From Desulfobacterales bacterium (GTDB lineage: Bacteria > Desulfobacterota > Desulfobacteria > Desulfobacterales > UBA5852), in NCBI GenBank assembly GCA_963674755.2, contig CAXXVS010000002.1, forward strand, positions 480,001 through 544,000: DNA of 64,000 nucleotides, in the 5' to 3' direction. Below the pieces are notes generated by a model, which had not been told where the DNA came from, ran no database searches, and was given only the letters and a program-made list of their open reading frames with translations. Position 1 is the stretch's first letter; the number at the start of each line of letters is the position of its first letter. The translations under genes were made by a program, and so were the position numbers. Below, in pieces: positions 59,589 to 64,000 of the stretch.

Positions 59589-60566
59589 TTAGGTGATGAC
59601 TGATTGCGCCTCCAGAATCCCATTTCCATCCCGGTCCGCTCGGGCCTTGAATTCCGTTACCACGAAGACCGGGCATTCCGCTTGGGAGCTGACCTTTTCC
59701 ACCGTGCTGCCGGCATACCATTTGCCCTGGGTCTCCCTGGTATGGGAGCCCAGGACGATGGCGTCGGGCTGGCAGCGTGCGGCGCACTTGAAAACTTCAC
59801 GGTAGGGCAGGGCGCCTCCCCAGAAATGATACGCGTGGGGCATATGCGCCAGATAGCGCCGACCGAACGCTTCCATCTTGGTCTGGATTTGTGCCTGGTC
59901 AGCCGCGTAGTCGTCGCGGTCGTATTTGGGATAGGGGCTGACGGGCAGCATGTGGAACAAATCGATTTCGGCTTTGTAATAACGGGCCAGAGCAGCGGCG
60001 AAGGCGAGAGCGCTCTCACAGGAAGCCGAGAAATCCATTCCCACCAGAAAGCGCTTGAAAGCGGGTTTGGGATGGCAGGGATGCTGATTGACGATCATCA
60101 CGGGGACATGGTCGCGGGTGATCACCCCTTCCAGGGTGCTGCCGATGCGACCCACGACACGCAGGGCGCCGTTTTCGTCACGGAGGCCGGCGTGGGGGCC
60201 CATGATAATCAGGTCATCCGAATGGCAGTCGGCCTGACGGCTGATTTCGATCCAGGGGAATCCAGCAGTGATGCGGATTTCTTGGGGCGGTGCCCAGGAT
60301 AGCAGGTCCTGGTAGGTATGGCGGAGCTGGCGGCGAACATCGGCGCAATACGAGGGGGTCGCCTCCTGGATTTCACCCGTGCGAAAATGCAGGACATGCT
60401 GACGGTCGCTCAGAGCAGCGGATTCCAGGACATGCATGATGGACCATGGCACGTTCAGCGCACTGGCCAGGCGGGCGGCCGAGATGACGACGGGGTCACT
60501 TCCGATGATACGATCGGTTGCCGCAAGGATGGAGTGGAACATGATGGCCTCCTTCTTTTTCCGCAT
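59589..60566 (-). CDS. Tandem universal stress protein
   Basis: ILAATD...IIMG...IGST and LVGMDFS...VLGSH...GSTVEKV. Confidence 0.9.
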   Translation of the reverse strand: MRKKKEAIMFHSILAATDRIIGSDPVVISAARLASALNVPWSIMHVLESAALSDRQHVLHFRTGEIQEATPSYCADVRRQLRHTYQDLLSWAPPQEIRITAGFPWIEISRQADCHSDDLIIMGPHAGLRDENGALRVVGRIGSTLEGVITRDHVPVMIVNQHPCHPKPAFKRFLVGMDFSASCESALAFAAALARYYKAEIDLFHMLPVSPYPKYDRDDYAADQAQIQTKMEAFGRRYLAHMPHAYHFWGGALPYREVFKCAARCQPDAIVLGSHTRETQGKWYAGSTVEKVSSQAECPVFVVTEFKARADRDGNGILEAQSVIT

Positions 60567-60809
60567 CGTTTTCAGCTGTTACACTAAATTTAAGATCAAA
60601 ATGCATCAAAACAAGCAATGCCCTGCGCTAGCCACTGACAGGTCGCGGCGCGTCGTCCATTTACAAAGGGGCGCAAATTTGCTACGGCTCGGCGGCGGCA
60701 TCGGAAGGCTGGCGAATCATGGTGTACGAAGATGAAGATGCGGGATCGGCCCTGTTGACACATCAATTCCGCTGGGAATCTTCGCCGTGGAAGGAGGGAA
60801 GGTGGAGGC

Positions 60810-61400
60810 ATGCGTATTCTGACGGTATCGGACGTCGTTGTTCCCTGGCTATATCCCGTGTCCGATCGTGAGACGATCGGCCCCATCGACCTGGTGGTGG
60901 CCTGCGGGGACCTGCCCCCTGAATACCTGGAATACCTGACGCACATCTTCAACGTCCCGCTGTTTTTCGTCAAAGGCAACCATGACATCCGTTTCGAAAA
61001 AAGCGCGCCGCGGGGATGCACCAACCTCAACCGCCGGATCTTGATTTTTCAGGGGATGCGTTTTCTTGGCCTGGAAGGGTCCATGTGGTATAACGGTGGA
61101 CCGTGCCAGTACACCGAAAAGCAGATGAAGCGGCATGTCCGCCTTCTGCGCTTGCCGCTCTGGTGGTACAAAGGCGTCGATGTGGTGGTAACCCACGCAC
61201 CACCTTTGGGCATCCATGACGGTCCGGATCTCTGTCATCAGGGATTCGCCTGTTTCCGCTCCCTGATCCAGAAGTACCAGCCAGGTTTTTTACTGCACGG
61301 CCATATCCATACCGTTTTTAAGGATGCCGCGGATCGCATCACGCTTTTCAACACGACCCGGATTATCAATTCATATGGCCACCATATCCTTGACATATAG
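60810..61400 (+). CDS. Calcineurin-like metallophosphoesterase
   Basis: VSD, CGD, GNHD, THAPP, HGHIH. Confidence 0.9.
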   Translation: MRILTVSDVVVPWLYPVSDRETIGPIDLVVACGDLPPEYLEYLTHIFNVPLFFVKGNHDIRFEKSAPRGCTNLNRRILIFQGMRFLGLEGSMWYNGGPCQYTEKQMKRHVRLLRLPLWWYKGVDVVVTHAPPLGIHDGPDLCHQGFACFRSLIQKYQPGFLLHGHIHTVFKDAADRITLFNTTRIINSYGHHILDI

Positions 61401-62475
61401 ACTGCTGGGGTTGCTGAAGCGCATGCGGGGCCGGTCCCAGGCCGGCGCCGCCACCGACATCAAGAGCTTCAAGCATGCCCAGGAAAAGGAGGCCGCCTAC
61501 GACAGCCGCATACGGGGTGTCCGAACCATTCCGTTAGACCGGATCGTCGGCAGTGTGGGGCGCTATCAAGACTTCGACAATCGCTTCCGGCTGAAGCGGC
61601 AGGTGCCCTCGGAAAGGCTGCAACGCATCAGGACCGCCATGCGCGAGGGTCACCCCATGCCGCCCGTGAAGCTTTTCCAAATCAAAAACGACTTCTATAT
61701 CCTGGATGGGAATCATCGGATAGCGGCCGCCAAAGAACTCGGCCATGATGAAATCCTGGCGCACATCGTGGAGTTCATTCCTTCGGAAAAAAATCTGCAG
61801 AACGTGCTCTACCGCGAACGGGCCGCTTTCGCCGATCAGACGCGCCTTCAGGGCGAGATCAACCTTACCGAGATCGGCCAGTACGTTCTGCTGGCGACGC
61901 AAATCCAGGAACATCAGACCTACCTGCGCGACGGTAAGTTGCCGGGCTGCTCCTTCGAAGAGGCGGCCCAGGATTGGCACAAAACCATCTACCGCCCCCT
62001 GTGCGCCATCATCCGGCGTGGCCGCCTGACCGAGTCCTTTCCTGACCGCACCATTGCCGATCTGTACATCTACATTTCCGAACACCAGTGGCATGACAAC
62101 CGCCGGCGGCGGTACGGCATCGGCGTCGACAAACTGATTCCCAAAAACATGGAGGACTTTCGGACGAAGATGGCTGACATGAAAGATTGCGGGTATCCGG
62201 AGATGCAACGGGGCATTACGGCCTTTATCCTGATGAATGTCCAGGCCAAAAAAGAGGGGCGCATCGTCGAAAAGCTCTTCGAACTGGAGGAAGTCCGTGA
62301 GATCCATTCCGTGCACGGCGACGTCGATCTGCTCGTGAAGATCCAGCTGACCCGGGATTTGCTCAGCTCCGATGCGGAGATGATTTCCCAATTCGTTCAC
62401 GAGGAGGTGCGCCAGCTGGCGGGGGTGATTAAAACCAAGACATTGATACCGGGATTTTCGAAAAGCAAAGATTGA
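61390..62475 (+). CDS. ParB/Srx-like domain + DUF4032-like helical region + Lrp/AsnC ligand-binding domain
   Basis: IVGSVGRY.DF, PPVKL..YILDGNHRI; C-terminal AFILM..EIHSVHGDVDLLVK..GVIKTKT; start uncertain (TTG 61390 or ATG 61423). Confidence 0.75.
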   Translation: MTYRLLGLLKRMRGRSQAGAATDIKSFKHAQEKEAAYDSRIRGVRTIPLDRIVGSVGRYQDFDNRFRLKRQVPSERLQRIRTAMREGHPMPPVKLFQIKNDFYILDGNHRIAAAKELGHDEILAHIVEFIPSEKNLQNVLYRERAAFADQTRLQGEINLTEIGQYVLLATQIQEHQTYLRDGKLPGCSFEEAAQDWHKTIYRPLCAIIRRGRLTESFPDRTIADLYIYISEHQWHDNRRRRYGIGVDKLIPKNMEDFRTKMADMKDCGYPEMQRGITAFILMNVQAKKEGRIVEKLFELEEVREIHSVHGDVDLLVKIQLTRDLLSSDAEMISQFVHEEVRQLAGVIKTKTLIPGFSKSKD

Positions 62476-62549
62476 CGGCTTTGTAAAACACCCAATATCG
62501 TTGTTAGCGCCCTGTCCTTTCAGTGAAGGCGACTGAAATGGGGGAGACG

Positions 62550-64000
62550 CTAGGGGAGCATATGGGCGGCGGCGAGGTAGGTGGCCGCCGCGGCCATCTG
62601 GAAGAGGATGGGGGGCAGAATGCTCTGGGAGCGCTCGCGTACCAGGCCCAGGATCAATCCCACCAGCAAGGCGCCGAAAACCGGTTGCAGCGCCGGCAGC
62701 GGTACCTCCATGACGTGCTCTAAAGGAATACCGGAAACAGTGTGCCACATGGCATAGCCGGCAAACAGCAGGGCCGATCCGATCATGGGCCAGGAGAAAA
62801 GAATTCGGCTTTTCGGCCGGCCGATGCGGGCGGATTGGGCTAGATGACCGTGGACCAGGGATCGGAAAAGCATTTCGAGACCGACCGGCGCCATGATGAG
62901 AGCTAAAAACCAGATGCCCCAGGGATGTGCCAGGTGGGGGGGCAGCTTCAGGAGGTCGCCGGCACCGGCCAGACCGCCCAGAACCACGACCGGCAGAAAG
63001 ACCCACCATTGTTTGCCCGCCGGGGCGGCCAGACCGTACTGCCATGGCCCCCGGAAGGCTACTGAAACCAGCATCAGGAAGGTGGCCAGCATCAGGCCGA
63101 GATACATGCCGAAGGACGGGCTGGCAAACGTATGCGTGCGATCGATGCCGGCCAGCCAGGCCGTTGGCGGCCAGAAATGCCGGCCGGCGGTGGCTGCCGC
63201 GGCGGCCAGGGCCACCATTGCGGCCGCTCCCAAGAAGCGATAGAACTGGCGCAGAAATCCCTTGTTCTGAACTGCATTGCGGCAGGCGTTGACGATTTCC
63301 AAAGGCGTGAGCCGCGTGCCTGTTTCGCGGGGTGATCCGCCGATCTCCACGGACCCTCCCCAGTGATTTTGCTGATTTCGATAGCGCACCGCGGGATCGA
63401 TGAAATTGAGTCGGTCATAGACCTGCTCCAGCGTGACCGGCATGAAGATGTCCATCTGTCGCAGGGTGTAGGTTTTGGGCCCTTTTTTAAGAACCACCCA
63501 CCCCAGCCGTTCGCCGTAGATATTTTTTAGAAGGGGTTCGATTTCATAAATGCCCATGTCGGCTTCGACCGCGACCACGATACGCTTGTCGTTGATATCG
63601 GCCCGGGCCAATTCTTTGATTTCCTGAAAGTCGGAAAAATCGCTGGGACGAAAAATGATCCGGTCGATTTTATGCAGGAGGTCGGCCGTGTATTCGAGGT
63701 AGTTGACTTCTTCCCACAGGGCGTCTTTCTTGAGCCGTATTTCTTCACGCCGCAGGTGATCGATCAGCCGCTGGATGGACTGGGAAAGATCCGGCGGCAG
63801 GCCGCTGAACTCCTTCAATTCCAACCCCAGAGCATCGATAGTGCCTTCCAAACGGACAAGGGTCAGCAGACGTTGGCGGTTGGCGAATCCCCGGTCCTGC
63901 AAGCGACGGTGGTTGAGGAGGATCCAAATGGCCAACACTGTGTCAAGATCCGGTTCATTGGCCAGAATGTTCCATTCGCGGTCACGCAGATCCAATCCTT
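62550..64000 (-). CDS. Partial gene: DHH-like phosphoesterase region fused to a degenerate CPBP/Abi membrane domain (N-terminus outside window)
   Basis: NEPDLDT and WGGS..GGSPR soluble part; C-terminal TMs with LEMLFR, WH, RSQSILPPILFQ. Confidence 0.55.
   Translation of the reverse strand, partial: GLDLRDREWNILANEPDLDTVLAIWILLNHRRLQDRGFANRQRLLTLVRLEGTIDALGLELKEFSGLPPDLSQSIQRLIDHLRREEIRLKKDALWEEVNYLEYTADLLHKIDRIIFRPSDFSDFQEIKELARADINDKRIVVAVEADMGIYEIEPLLKNIYGERLGWVVLKKGPKTYTLRQMDIFMPVTLEQVYDRLNFIDPAVRYRNQQNHWGGSVEIGGSPRETGTRLTPLEIVNACRNAVQNKGFLRQFYRFLGAAAMVALAAAAATAGRHFWPPTAWLAGIDRTHTFASPSFGMYLGLMLATFLMLVSVAFRGPWQYGLAAPAGKQWWVFLPVVVLGGLAGAGDLLKLPPHLAHPWGIWFLALIMAPVGLEMLFRSLVHGHLAQSARIGRPKSRILFSWPMIGSALLFAGYAMWHTVSGIPLEHVMEVPLPALQPVFGALLVGLILGLVRERSQSILPPILFQMAAAATYLAAAHMLP

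Overview
GC-rich chromosomal segment of an anaerobic deltaproteobacterium, most likely Desulfobacterales-like. This is inferred from acs, Orp-like NifB/NifX plus MinD/ferredoxin genes, rubredoxin, desulforedoxin, CooC-like and fused hisHF. Most of the window is housekeeping and stress genes (SSS symporter, acs, menA/ubiE, hslO, nudC, glgP, katG, arfB, ada-like, TolC-family, truC-like, USP). Five items stand out. (1) A two-gene operon at 5173-9536 encodes a membrane SPFH/band-7 protein and a 1139-aa protein with two Cdc48/p97-like AAA modules fused to a Lon (S16) protease domain with an intact Ser-Lys dyad; a ~260-nt highly structured non-coding leader precedes it. (2) An AT-rich four-cassette integron array at ~36.4-38.4 kb has a promoter, an attI-like site and four attC sites but no integrase in the window. 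(3) A selenoprotein gene (GG-U-C, 58086-58397, minus strand) with a SECIS-like hairpin is missed by the ORF track. (4) Two tiny peptides flank the symporter, one apparently ATT-initiated. (5) A metallophosphoesterase is paired with a ParB/Srx-AsnC fusion protein. All calls come from reading motifs by eye; no searches were run.
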